Part shown: positions 51,761 to 61,009 of the stretch, in pieces
How positions within the stretch are numbered: position 1 is the first letter of the stretch
Layout: each line of letters starts with the position of its first letter
Origin: Patescibacteria group bacterium
Lineage (GTDB): Bacteria > Patescibacteriota > Saccharimonadia > Saccharimonadales > JAZKJC01
Direction: 5' to 3'
Length of the DNA stretch: 64,000 nucleotides
NCBI GenBank assembly: GCA_040384565.1
Contig: JAZKJC010000005.1
Coordinates: 12,796-76,795, forward strand
The notes under the pieces: model-generated
Seen by the model: only the letters and a program-made list of their open reading frames with translations
The model's database searches: none
Told to the model about the DNA's origin: nothing
Translations under genes and position numbers: made by a program

Positions 51761-52821
51761 AAAGATATGCAGTCGGTGCTTCAAGACGACGTTGGTCAAG
51801 AATTTGGCTAGGTCTTCTTATGATAACTTTGGTAGTAGCTGGGGCGACTGTTTTTATGGTTAGACGATCATATAACCAGAACTTACGTCCTATCAGCGCG
51901 TCGGAGCGAGCAGTAGTGGTTACAGTTAAACCTGGCTCTACGGTACAGGACATAGCCAAACAACTGCAGGAGCAAGGGATTATTCGTTCCTCATGGGCTT
52001 TTGAATGGTACGTGCGCATTAATGATCTGCGCGATCGCCTGCAAGCTGGCACATATTCGTTGCGTCCAAGCCAAAGCATACAAGATATAGCTAGTATTCT
52101 GACTCACGGTAAAGTAAATGTCAGCCAGGTAACAATATTCCCCGGCAAGAGAATTGATCAGGTAAGAGAATCTCTAATTAATGATGGTTTTTCGCCGGAG
52201 TCAGTTGACGCAGCCTTGGAGCCGGGCCAATACGCTGATAGTCCGGCACTATCCGATAAGCCCAAAAACGCAAACTTGGAAGGTTATTTATATCCGGAAA
52301 CATTCCAAAAAACGGCTGATACTAAACCAGAAACAATTATTAGGGCCTCATTAGACGAAATGCACACATACCTGTCACCAGAAATTCGAGCGGGCATAGC
52401 CAGGCAAGGTTTGACAGTGCATCAGGGGGTGATCTTGGCCTCTATAATTGAACGAGAGGTTGGCAATCCTGTGGACAGGCCAAAGGTGGCACAAATTTTT
52501 CTAAAAAGAATTAAATCTGACATAGCCTTAGAATCAGATGCGACGGCTGGCTATGGTGCCATACTGGCAGGGGCAGAGCCCAGTATTTTCTATGAATCTG
52601 CTTACAATACCTATAAAAACAAAAATCTTCCACCCGGCCCTATTAGCAATGTTACCAAAACAAGTCTAGAGGCAGTCGCAAACCCAGCTATGACCGATTT
52701 TCTGTACTTTGTATCTGGGGATGATAATGAAAACGGTGTATCAATAACGTATTTTTCTAAAACGTTGCCAGAACATGAAGCGAATGTCTCGGCACATTGC
52801 CGTAAAAAATGCGGACGATAG
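51757..52821 (+). CDS. mltG: endolytic murein transglycosylase MltG (YceG-like)
   Basis: N-terminal TM helix. EGYLYPETF, ASIIEREV and YNTYKNKNLPPGPISN motifs. Confidence 0.85.
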   Translation: MKRYAVGASRRRWSRIWLGLLMITLVVAGATVFMVRRSYNQNLRPISASERAVVVTVKPGSTVQDIAKQLQEQGIIRSSWAFEWYVRINDLRDRLQAGTYSLRPSQSIQDIASILTHGKVNVSQVTIFPGKRIDQVRESLINDGFSPESVDAALEPGQYADSPALSDKPKNANLEGYLYPETFQKTADTKPETIIRASLDEMHTYLSPEIRAGIARQGLTVHQGVILASIIEREVGNPVDRPKVAQIFLKRIKSDIALESDATAGYGAILAGAEPSIFYESAYNTYKNKNLPPGPISNVTKTSLEAVANPAMTDFLYFVSGDDNENGVSITYFSKTLPEHEANVSAHCRKKCGR

Positions 52822-52824
52822 TAA

Positions 52825-52985
52825 TAGACTTCTTCTAAAACCCCACCTTACCAATACCAATTTTCAGGGCAATCCGTTAGTTTTCTGTCTCAAATAGTAG
52901 CCACGGCTACAATTTGAGCCATAAAACCACCAGCTTACTCCTGAAAATAGCTATTGCCAACAGATGGGGTTTTAGAAGAAGTCTA
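52825..52985. repeat. Family-B long imperfect palindrome, copy B2
   Basis: The termini tagacttcttctaaaacccca / tggggttttagaagaagtcta form a 21-bp perfect pairing. The apex is ctcaaatagtagcc-acg-ggctacaatttgag. It starts 4 nt after the mltG stop. Confidence 0.8.
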
Positions 52986-52998
52986 ATATTTTTTACAG

Positions 52999-53093
52999 TA
53001 ACAGAGGTCAAAACGCTTATAAAAACTTGTTGTAATCGCACTTTTTTGGTATACTAGTTGCCGTAACTCGCTCATCTGTTAACAGAGGTCAAA
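52999..53093 (+). promoter_or_regulatory. promoter (TTGTTG-17-TGgTATACT) bracketed by two TAACAGAGGTCAAA direct repeats
   Basis: The 14-mers lie at 52999-53012 and 53080-53093. The -10 is at 53050-53055 with TG at 53047-53048. A third ACAGAGG lies at about 53105. Confidence 0.4.
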
Positions 53094-53212
53094 CTCTTGA
53101 GCAGACAGAGGAGTTATATCTATTATTGCTATAAATCTCAAGATATCAGCGTAAGGTGGTCGAACTCCTTACATAAAATAACTAAGATCCAGTAATAGAG
53201 CGTCCTTAGTAA

Positions 53213-54340
53213 TTGGGACAGGAGAAGTTTATTCGTACTTCCTCACGCACGCTAAGCCGACGATTAATTGGCAATCGCAGCAAGAAACGGCCATTAAGTC
53301 GTCGTTTACAAAGAATATTTACTAGATCCCGCAAGCGTTTTATACGTTTTGCATTGTTAAGTGCTAACTTAGCGCTGCTTATTGGTGTTGTCGCTTTTGT
53401 GGCAGAGACTCCTAGTAGTGGCCAAGCCGCTCAATCAGTGGCCACAATTTCTTCAAGTTCCGAAACCGAAACAGGTCCTTTAGATCAAGTTTCTTCGGCG
53501 GATATTGCTGTACACCTTGCGCGTGTAACTGGATTACCAGAAGCCGTATCCGTAGTCAATCATGCGGACTCAATTAGTGCTATTGAAGCAACTGCTCCAG
53601 CCGATACAAGTGTTGTCGCTAAACCACAAGTCGTGTCGAGTGCCTTACCAACACGTAACGATATTCAAAAATACGTAACCCAACCTGGTGATACTCTAAG
53701 CTCGCTCGCAACAAAGTTCGGGGTAACATCCGATAGCATTAGGTGGAGTAATAGTATTACCGGTAGTACAGTTGCCATAGGTATAGAGATTGTAATGCCC
53801 CCTAACGGGATGAATGGTATTGTATACACTGTTAAAGCTGGCGATACGCCCGATAGCCTTGCCAAAAAATACAACGCCAATAAAGATTTGATTACATCAT
53901 TTAATGATGCCGAGGTTGTGGGGCTTAAGCCTGGCGAACATATAATGATTCCTGATGGTTCTATTGTGGCTGTCGCAGCAGCCAGCACTTACAATTATTA
54001 TGCTTACGTCTTTCCAGGAGGAGGTGGTTATGACAGAGGCTGGTGTACTGACTATGCTTCTAGAAAAGGTGGTGCTCCTGGTGGTTGGGGTAATGCAAAT
54101 ACATGGGCTATTTTTGCGGCGCGAACTCCTGGCTGGGTAGTAAGTTCTATCCCTAAGCCTGGGGCAATTGCACAAACTAGCTATGGTTGGGCGGGGCATG
54201 TTGGGATTGTAGAATCGGTCTCCGAAGATGGAGCTATGATTAAATATTCTGATATGAACGGGGTGGCAGGTTTTAACAGAGTTGGTTATAGTGATTGGGT
54301 TCCTGTACATTCAGCTTTCCAAAAATTCATCTATCGTTAA
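53213..54340 (+). CDS. LysM-domain CHAP/NlpC-P60-like peptidoglycan hydrolase
   Basis: Arg-rich N-terminus and a TM helix. There are two LysM repeats (YVTQPGDTLSSLATKFGV, YTVKAGDTPDSLAKKYNA). The C-terminus carries GWCTDYA...GHVGIVES. The start codon is uncertain (TTG 53213). Confidence 0.75.
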   Translation: MGQEKFIRTSSRTLSRRLIGNRSKKRPLSRRLQRIFTRSRKRFIRFALLSANLALLIGVVAFVAETPSSGQAAQSVATISSSSETETGPLDQVSSADIAVHLARVTGLPEAVSVVNHADSISAIEATAPADTSVVAKPQVVSSALPTRNDIQKYVTQPGDTLSSLATKFGVTSDSIRWSNSITGSTVAIGIEIVMPPNGMNGIVYTVKAGDTPDSLAKKYNANKDLITSFNDAEVVGLKPGEHIMIPDGSIVAVAAASTYNYYAYVFPGGGGYDRGWCTDYASRKGGAPGGWGNANTWAIFAARTPGWVVSSIPKPGAIAQTSYGWAGHVGIVESVSEDGAMIKYSDMNGVAGFNRVGYSDWVPVHSAFQKFIYR

Positions 54341-54343
54341 TAG

Positions 54344-54464
54344 GACTTCTGTAAAACAGCACATTTCGGCCGAAAGCTTTCGCTTTGCTGTTCGACGTAC
54401 CTTTCGGTTGGGTGCGCCTGCGCTGCTCAGCTTTTAACTAAAACAGCACTATTTTACAAATGTC
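54344..54464 (+). promoter_or_regulatory. multi-hairpin region upstream of obg with mutually exclusive pairings
   Basis: The outer pairing is gacttctgtaaaa / ttttacaaatgtc. In the inner tttcgg-ccgaaag-ctttcg, ccgaaag can pair with either neighbour. taaaacagcac occurs twice (54352 and 54438). Confidence 0.3.
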
Positions 54465-54516
54465 TTAAGACACCTCAGCCCTAGACTCTGCCCTAAATTC
54501 TCTGTACTCTAAGGGG

Positions 54517-55788
54517 ATGTTTGTTGATGTTGCGGTAGTTAAAGTTAAGGCAGGTGATGGCGGCAATGGGGTTGTCAGTTTTCGGCATGAGAAATTTATT
54601 GACCGTGGTGGGCCGGATGGTGGGGACGGTGGTAAAGGTGGCGACGTCATACTTATGGCCAGCCGCAATCAAAACACCCTTGCCAACTTTAGATTCCAGA
54701 GGGAGCTAAAGGCAACCGAAGGCCAAGCAGGTTCCAAAAGGCGCAAGCATGGCCGTAATGGTATTGATTTAGTTGTACCAGTTCCACTCGGAACGAGTGT
54801 CTTGGGCGTGGACGGCAATGTACTGGCAGATTTAACAATAGAAGACCAGCCGTTGATACTTGCCAAAGGCGGTAAGGGCGGTTTTGGCAATGCTCACTTT
54901 GTTAGCAGCACCCGTCAAGCTCCACGGGTAGCAGAAAAAGGCGAACAAGGTGATGAATTAACTGTAACACTAGAACTTAAGATGATCGCGGATGTTGGCC
55001 TGATTGGTCTGCCAAACGCCGGCAAGTCCACCTTGCTCAGCGTTGTCAGCAATGCCCACCCGGAAATAGCTGATTACCCATTTACCACTCTGACTCCAAA
55101 TCTGGGAGTTGTGGATATTGACAAAAAATCTTCGCTGCTGATAGCCGATATTCCGGGTCTTATAGAGGGTGCCAGTAGTGGCAAAGGTCTAGGGGATGAA
55201 TTTTTGCGTCATGTTGAACGTACTCGGGTACTTTTGCATTTGATTGATATATACCAAGATAATATCGCCACTGCCTACAAGACCATACAGGGCGAACTAG
55301 CTGCCTATAAAACAGATTTAGCAGGCAGGCCTCAAATAGTTGTTCTAACCAAAGCTGACGGTCTAGACGAGGAAATTATCGCAGATCGATTAGCGGAACT
55401 AAAAAAGCTAGTACCAAAAAACACACCACTTTTTGCGATATCCGCTCATAGTAAAGCTGGCTTAAAAGAACTTTTGTTCGCCCTTCAAAAAATTGTTGCA
55501 ACAGATCAGAAACAAGTTGCCAAGAAAACTAAAGAAAAAATCCCAGTCTTGACCCTCGGAACCGATGACGCCTGGAAAGTTAAAAAGATAGGCCCTGGGT
55601 TTACGATTACAGGTAAAAAAATTGAACGCTTCGCGGCTAGAACTGACTTTAGCAGCTTTCATGGTCAGCAGCGCCTGCGAGATATTATGCGCAAAATGGG
55701 CATCATGCACGAACTACGCCGTCAGCAAATTGAGCCAGGTTCTAAAATCACAATAGGTAGTCCCTCTCTGGGCTCTATTGAATATTAG
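54517..55788 (+). CDS. obg: GTPase Obg
   Basis: Gly-rich Obg fold (GGDGGKGG). G1 GLPNAGKST, G3 DIPG and G4 TKAD motifs. Confidence 0.9.
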   Translation: MFVDVAVVKVKAGDGGNGVVSFRHEKFIDRGGPDGGDGGKGGDVILMASRNQNTLANFRFQRELKATEGQAGSKRRKHGRNGIDLVVPVPLGTSVLGVDGNVLADLTIEDQPLILAKGGKGGFGNAHFVSSTRQAPRVAEKGEQGDELTVTLELKMIADVGLIGLPNAGKSTLLSVVSNAHPEIADYPFTTLTPNLGVVDIDKKSSLLIADIPGLIEGASSGKGLGDEFLRHVERTRVLLHLIDIYQDNIATAYKTIQGELAAYKTDLAGRPQIVVLTKADGLDEEIIADRLAELKKLVPKNTPLFAISAHSKAGLKELLFALQKIVATDQKQVAKKTKEKIPVLTLGTDDAWKVKKIGPGFTITGKKIERFAARTDFSSFHGQQRLRDIMRKMGIMHELRRQQIEPGSKITIGSPSLGSIEY

Positions 55789-55946
55789 TATACCTTAGCA
55801 GAAATTGGTTTTCGGGGTTGATGATTTCCTGGTCAGAAGTTTCTGAAATTTTATCAGCATATCCTTTGGTATGGTTATCAAATTTCGGGAAGTTCTGGCT
55901 GGAAAGGACAAGTCAAAAAGTCGGAAAGTAGTTTCTGTTGGGTATA
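55789..55946 (+). repeat. Family-A long imperfect palindrome, copy A4
   Basis: It starts at the base after the obg TAG. The termini are tataccttagcagaaattgg... / ...tagtttctgttgggtata. It shares the internal blocks attttatcagcata and ggttatcaaatttcgggaagttctgg. Confidence 0.8.
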
Positions 55947-55955
55947 TGCTAGACT
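55947..55955 (+). promoter_or_regulatory. extended -10 box TGcTAGACT, 6 nt before the sbcB ATG
   Basis: tgctagact is followed by ggctgc and then ATG 55962. It lies immediately after the right end of A4. Confidence 0.45.
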
Positions 55956-55961
55956 GGCTGC

Positions 55962-57410
55962 ATGACCCAAAGCCTGTTTTTCTACGACCTGGAAACTTCC
56001 GGATTTAACCCACGAGAGCAACGGATTATGCAGTTTGCGGGGCAGAGAGTTGATATGCGGTTCAAGCCCTTGGGTGAACCTCATAACTACTTAATCAAGA
56101 TGACTGATGACATACTCCCAGACCCTGATGCTGTATTGATTACAGGGATTACACCACAGGTGACAATTGCGGAGGGCATTACTGAAGTGGCTTTTCTGAA
56201 AATATTTACGGAAGAAATCTCAATACCAGGAACTATTTTTGTGGGCTTCAATAGTATCAGATTTGACGATGAGTTCATGCGTTTTTTGCATTACCGTAAC
56301 TTCTATGACGCCTATGAATGGCATTGGGTGGATGGCCGTGGCCGCTGGGATATGCTGGATGTGGTGCGTATGACCAGAGCGCTTAGGCCTGATGGGATTA
56401 AGTGGCCGGTAGATAGTAAGGGCATTCCAGCAAACCAATTGACCATGCTCACGTCTATAAATGGTCTGGATCACAAAAATGCCCATGATGCGCTTAGTGA
56501 TGTTCAAGCAACCATAGCGTTGGCACAATTGCTTCGTGAGACTCAGCCCAAACTTTTTGACTATCTTCTGGAAATGCGTGATAAGAAAAAGGTAGCAGAA
56601 CTGGCACTTGCCAGAGAACCATTCGTGTATACGAGTGGTAAATATTCAAGTGAACATGAAAAAACAACTGTTGTTGTAACAGTCACTGAGCACCCTAAAA
56701 AAGCTGGCGCTGTTGTCTATGATTTACGCCATGACCCGACACCCTATCTAAATATGAAACCTGAACAGTTGGCTAAAATCTGGCACCATTACTGCAAAGA
56801 TCATCCCTGCAAGCATGACAGGCTGCCAGTAAAAACGCTTCAATTCAATCGTTGCCCGGCTGTGGCTCCACTCGGTGTTTTTAATAATGATAGCCAAAAA
56901 CGTTTGCAGCTGAGTCTTAAGACAGTCCAAAAACACCTTAAGTTACTCAAGCAATCCACTACATTTGCCCAAAATCTGATTAAGACTATCGACTTACTGG
57001 ACAAAGAACAACAGGCCAGGCTTATATACGACGAACTAGACGCGGACGCTAAGCTCTATGATAGTTTTATAGATAACAGTGATAAAGCCGGACTTAAAAA
57101 AGTTAGAGAAGTTGCCCAAGACGATCTGCATAAGCTGAAGCCTGATTTTAAAGATGAGAGGTTAAACGCATTGTTGCCGCTATACAAAGCCCGCAATTTC
57201 CCCAAAGTTTTGCGTGACGACGAGCGTGAAGCCTGGGAGCGTTTCCGTGAAAGGCGTCTATTGGGTGGCAAAAAAGACAGCCGAGCCGCCCGCTTTTTCA
57301 ACCGTCTGGCAGAGCTAGCCGCCAACCCAAAACTTATAGGCCAGCAGCAATATTTGCTAGAAGAGCTGCAACTTTACGGCCAAAGCATCCTCCCCACAGA
57401 ACCCGAATAG
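55962..57410 (+). CDS. sbcB: exodeoxyribonuclease I
   Basis: DEDDh motifs FFYDLETSG, NSIRFDDEF and HDALSDV. The size (482 aa) fits exonuclease I. Confidence 0.85.
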   Translation: MTQSLFFYDLETSGFNPREQRIMQFAGQRVDMRFKPLGEPHNYLIKMTDDILPDPDAVLITGITPQVTIAEGITEVAFLKIFTEEISIPGTIFVGFNSIRFDDEFMRFLHYRNFYDAYEWHWVDGRGRWDMLDVVRMTRALRPDGIKWPVDSKGIPANQLTMLTSINGLDHKNAHDALSDVQATIALAQLLRETQPKLFDYLLEMRDKKKVAELALAREPFVYTSGKYSSEHEKTTVVVTVTEHPKKAGAVVYDLRHDPTPYLNMKPEQLAKIWHHYCKDHPCKHDRLPVKTLQFNRCPAVAPLGVFNNDSQKRLQLSLKTVQKHLKLLKQSTTFAQNLIKTIDLLDKEQQARLIYDELDADAKLYDSFIDNSDKAGLKKVREVAQDDLHKLKPDFKDERLNALLPLYKARNFPKVLRDDEREAWERFRERRLLGGKKDSRAARFFNRLAELAANPKLIGQQQYLLEELQLYGQSILPTEPE

Positions 57411-57414
57411 CAAC

Positions 57415-57461
57415 CTGACTCTACAAGGGCTACATTGCAAGGACGGTTCTTGCAAAGTCAG
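57415..57461. terminator. hairpin between convergent genes (possible bidirectional terminator)
   Basis: Outer stem ctgact/agtcag and inner stem ttgcaag/cttgcaa. There is no strong U tract. Confidence 0.35.
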
Positions 57462-57475
57462 TAAAGGGAAATAGG

Positions 57476-59971
57476 TTAGAGGTCTTTTAGGAGTTTCTGG
57501 AGGTCGTTTACTTGCTGAGGGATAGATTTTCTATCGTCTAGCAGGACTGGTTTGCCGAATTTTATAGTGACTTTGCCGGATCTTGGGAACTGGATGGCAT
57601 CACCTGCCATGATGTTTTCAAAGCCGCTGTGTTTGATAGGGATTATCGGGACTTTCATTTCATTTACAATCCAGCCTATGCCGCTACGAAATGGCTGTAA
57701 CTCCCCGCTTGGGGAATGTTCACCTTCAGGGAAAAATAGAATATGCCATTTTTTATCCAGCAGTTCGCCAGTATAGGCCAAGCTATTCTTAAAACCAGTA
57801 TTTTTTGGGAAAGGGTATGCATTTACCATCACACTGGCGTAGGCATAATAAAAATTCAGCTGCAAGCGGCGCAAAAATTTGTTCTGGGAAAAACTCTGGC
57901 CTTCATTTTCAAAATATTCTTTCCAGGCGGCCGGGGCAATTCTTTGCCTTATACTCCACGGCAGCGACATAATGATGGCCGGGGCGTCAAAGTAACCTAC
58001 GTGGTTAGCAATAAATATAACCGGACCATTCAGATTCTTCAGGTTTTCACGGCCTATTACGCGGCGGCGTACAAACACCCGCAATAAATTATCGGCTAGT
58101 ATGAGGTTAAAGCCACCTCTTATGATGCGTAGAGGCGATGATAGCAACCAACGCCTAAAAATATTGGATTCATGCACCTTAGCCCGTTTTTTGACTATAT
58201 CTTCCAACTCTTTGACGGTGGTTGTGGCGTTGATATCATCTTCTTTGATATCAATGTTGAACTCTTGCTCAATAAACGCCACCAACTCAATGCGGTTCAC
58301 GGATGTAAGATGCAAATCTAAGGCCAATGTAGATGTTGGCTTAACTTCGCTTACGTCAACATCGCAGACTCTGGCAATCAAGCTGTGGAGTTTAGACGCG
58401 CTATCAGCCGGTGGTGGCGTGGATAATTTGGCTTGATTGCCGGTAACTTCTGCCAGTACCAGCGGTTTTTTAATTTTCATGGTTGTTGTGCGTGGAAAAT
58501 CTTCTTTAGCCCATTTTCCATAAGAAGTTATGCGCTGGCTTTCGTTCAGATCCAGGTTGGCAGCAGTTACTACCTTTTTAATATCTAGCTTTGGATCTAG
58601 TGGCAATATTTCGGCGTGGACTTGTTCTCCCTGACTGCTCGGCAAGCCAACTACGCAAACATCGCGTACGCCTTTCTGGCGCATTAGGGCAGTTTCAACA
58701 TCTTCCGGATAAACGTTCATGCCGGCAGCCGTTACTATTACGTCTTTTTTCCGGCCCTTTAAGAATAAGTAGCCATTATTATCTAGGTTACCTATATCAC
58801 CAGTGTTCATCCAGCCTTGTTCGAACAGTTCTTTGGTCTGTTGAGGCTTCTGGAAATAACCCTGGGTGATATTTGTGCCTTTTGCCAGCACTTCACCCAC
58901 TTTATTCAGGCTAAGCTTGACACCAGGAATTGGTTTGCCAACCGACCCAACAACCGATGTTTCGAGGGGGTTTACGGTTAGAACGGGGGAGCATTCAGTC
59001 AGCCCATAGCCTTGTACGATCCTAAACCCCAAACCAAACCAAAACTTTTGTAAATCATCACTTAAGGGCGCGCCACCGCAGATGAAATAACCAAAATGTT
59101 TACCAAATTTTTTATGAACTGGCTTAAATAAAACTTTTTTGAGGCTTCTTGGCGCATTGAGATTAAGGATTTTTTCAAAGGTATGAGTTTTGCCTTTAGC
59201 CTCAACTTCGCGGCGAATGCTGGTTTCAAAAAGTTTTAATAGTCTAGGAACCAACACAATATTGGTAATGCGTTCCTCGGCCAGAACCTTAAATATAAGG
59301 TTAGGCCGTAGCCCCCTCATATACACGACTGTGCAGCCAGCACTCAGCGGTGCTAAAAAGCCTGGGTTTTGTTCAAACAAGTGGCTCATGGGCAGTACTG
59401 ACAAAAATGTCTGGGATGGGCTGACATCAACCACTTTTTTAATGGCTACAACATTACTTATCAGGTTGCCGTGTGTAATGATAACGCCCTTTGGATCACC
59501 GGTGGTGCCGGACGTATAGACGATTTCTAATATATCAGCGGGATTAACAAGAGCGCGTTTTTTGTAAACATCAAGATCCTGAATGTAATGGTTAAGGTGC
59601 TCAATGACAAGATCCTTAACGCCAAGCTTCGGTAAAAGCTTGAATTCGGAATGGAAAATCAGCTTTGCTTTGATCTGCTGCTGAATTTTGCCCACAAAAT
59701 CTCCTGTTGCCAAAAAATCTATGGGAACTACAATAACTCCCTTTAGTGCTGCTGCTAAAAATACCGTTCCCCACTGAGGGCTGTTGTAGCCCCAAATGAT
59801 CAGTTTGTCGCCTTTGCTTAGCCCAGCATTTTCTAAAAGTGTCGCAGTTCGCAGAATATCTTGATGAAACTCCCGGTAGCTATGTTTAAATGTGCGGTAG
59901 CCTGTCTTTTGGACAACTGCTGTTTTGTCCCACTCCTCAAAACTTTTTATGAGGTCAACAACTGTTTTCAT
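57476..59971 (-). CDS. tri-domain acyl-AMP/CoA ligase - carrier protein - lysophospholipid (PlsC-type) acyltransferase fusion
   Basis: The adenylation domain has YTSGTTGDPKGV, GYGLTECSP, TGDIG and KIKK motifs. The carrier-like segment is LALDLHLTSVNRIELVAFIEQEF. The acyltransferase motifs are NHVGYFD (HxxxxD) and FFPEGEHS. Confidence 0.8.
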   Translation of the reverse strand: MKTVVDLIKSFEEWDKTAVVQKTGYRTFKHSYREFHQDILRTATLLENAGLSKGDKLIIWGYNSPQWGTVFLAAALKGVIVVPIDFLATGDFVGKIQQQIKAKLIFHSEFKLLPKLGVKDLVIEHLNHYIQDLDVYKKRALVNPADILEIVYTSGTTGDPKGVIITHGNLISNVVAIKKVVDVSPSQTFLSVLPMSHLFEQNPGFLAPLSAGCTVVYMRGLRPNLIFKVLAEERITNIVLVPRLLKLFETSIRREVEAKGKTHTFEKILNLNAPRSLKKVLFKPVHKKFGKHFGYFICGGAPLSDDLQKFWFGLGFRIVQGYGLTECSPVLTVNPLETSVVGSVGKPIPGVKLSLNKVGEVLAKGTNITQGYFQKPQQTKELFEQGWMNTGDIGNLDNNGYLFLKGRKKDVIVTAAGMNVYPEDVETALMRQKGVRDVCVVGLPSSQGEQVHAEILPLDPKLDIKKVVTAANLDLNESQRITSYGKWAKEDFPRTTTMKIKKPLVLAEVTGNQAKLSTPPPADSASKLHSLIARVCDVDVSEVKPTSTLALDLHLTSVNRIELVAFIEQEFNIDIKEDDINATTTVKELEDIVKKRAKVHESNIFRRWLLSSPLRIIRGGFNLILADNLLRVFVRRRVIGRENLKNLNGPVIFIANHVGYFDAPAIIMSLPWSIRQRIAPAAWKEYFENEGQSFSQNKFLRRLQLNFYYAYASVMVNAYPFPKNTGFKNSLAYTGELLDKKWHILFFPEGEHSPSGELQPFRSGIGWIVNEMKVPIIPIKHSGFENIMAGDAIQFPRSGKVTIKFGKPVLLDDRKSIPQQVNDLQKLLKDL

Positions 59972-60321
59972 ACCTCTAATATTACCATAGCAACCGCGTA
60001 ATTGTGATCGTGGCTAATGCTAACGTCGCATGATTTATACTTTTGCCACTGCGGCGTAACGACAATTTTGGGACGGCCAGATGGCTCATAAGCAATTTGA
60101 ATGTCATGTAGTTTAGGTACCATGCCGAGCGCCTTAAAAAACGCTTCCTTGGCTGCGAGCACTCCGGCTAGGTGCTCCATGCTTACACTAGTTCTTTGGG
60201 AAGTAATCTCCGGATTGGATAGCTCATCGGCATGGAATAACTTTTTTAGCATCAGCTCGTCTTTAAAAAGCTTAATCATATCAGGAATAAATACAATGTC
60301 TGTGCCACAGCGGATTGCCAT
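59968..60321 (-). CDS. acpS: holo-[acyl-carrier-protein] synthase (4'-phosphopantetheinyl transferase)
   Basis: 117 aa. N-terminal GTDIVFI and central EAFFKAL match the AcpS pattern. It has a 4-nt overlap with the downstream fusion gene. Confidence 0.8.
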   Translation of the reverse strand: MAIRCGTDIVFIPDMIKLFKDELMLKKLFHADELSNPEITSQRTSVSMEHLAGVLAAKEAFFKALGMVPKLHDIQIAYEPSGRPKIVVTPQWQKYKSCDVSISHDHNYAVAMVILEV

Positions 60322-60322
60322 A

Positions 60323-61006
60323 TTATTTCCGACCCTTTGATAATTTGCTTAGAATTTCCAAGACCTTTTTTTCAACTGTCTTATCAAAAACAATTTTATG
60401 ATGGCCATTTACCGGGATGATAATATTTTCAGCACCTTTCAGATAGCTTCCGGTTTCATGCCAAATGTGATTATCATACGCGGGAATAATTGAGTAAACA
60501 TGCTTATTAACATGCCCCTGATCATGAAGGTTCGTAATACTCGTGCTTCCGGATGTCATTTCCTTAAATGCTTTGTGAGGCACAATTCCGGCAAGTCTAG
60601 TACCACTAAAAGGCGTGGCGATAGCTATCACGGACTTAATACGTCCATCTTTATTGTAATGTGCAAGTAACTGTTTGCCGATCAAACCACCTTTGCTATG
60701 ACCAACTATAATAACGTTTCTTAAATCCTGTTCTACTATCAACCTGTGTACTAATTCAGCAGAAGTATCTACACTAAGTAAATTCCTACCCAGCCTTTTT
60801 GCTACATAAACCGGATGGCCGACCAACGAGATTTTATTGCCAAGTTGCTTTAAAAAGTGCCATTTTAGGCTGATGCCTGGCAGTAAGATCACGGGTATTT
60901 TATTTTCCTTTGTAAAGCCAAGGTAGTGTTTAGGTACGCTGCGTTTAAACGTCAGTCCTGCTTTTGCGCGGTAAGCATAGTCAACTACCCAATCTTTTAC
61001 AGCCAC
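60323..61006 (-). CDS. alpha/beta-fold hydrolase (lipase/esterase-like)
   Basis: Nucleophile elbow GHSKGG, 227 aa, and a C-terminal H in NGHHKIVF as a possible triad histidine. Confidence 0.7.
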   Translation of the reverse strand: MAVKDWVVDYAYRAKAGLTFKRSVPKHYLGFTKENKIPVILLPGISLKWHFLKQLGNKISLVGHPVYVAKRLGRNLLSVDTSAELVHRLIVEQDLRNVIIVGHSKGGLIGKQLLAHYNKDGRIKSVIAIATPFSGTRLAGIVPHKAFKEMTSGSTSITNLHDQGHVNKHVYSIIPAYDNHIWHETGSYLKGAENIIIPVNGHHKIVFDKTVEKKVLEILSKLSKGRK

Positions 61007-61009
61007 AAC

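Noticed and set aside
53080-53212. c-di-AMP (ydaO-type) riboswitch upstream of the LysM-CHAP hydrolase
   Set aside because: The association of such riboswitches with wall hydrolases prompted a check. None of the conserved ydaO sequence blocks or its pseudo-symmetric architecture could be found.
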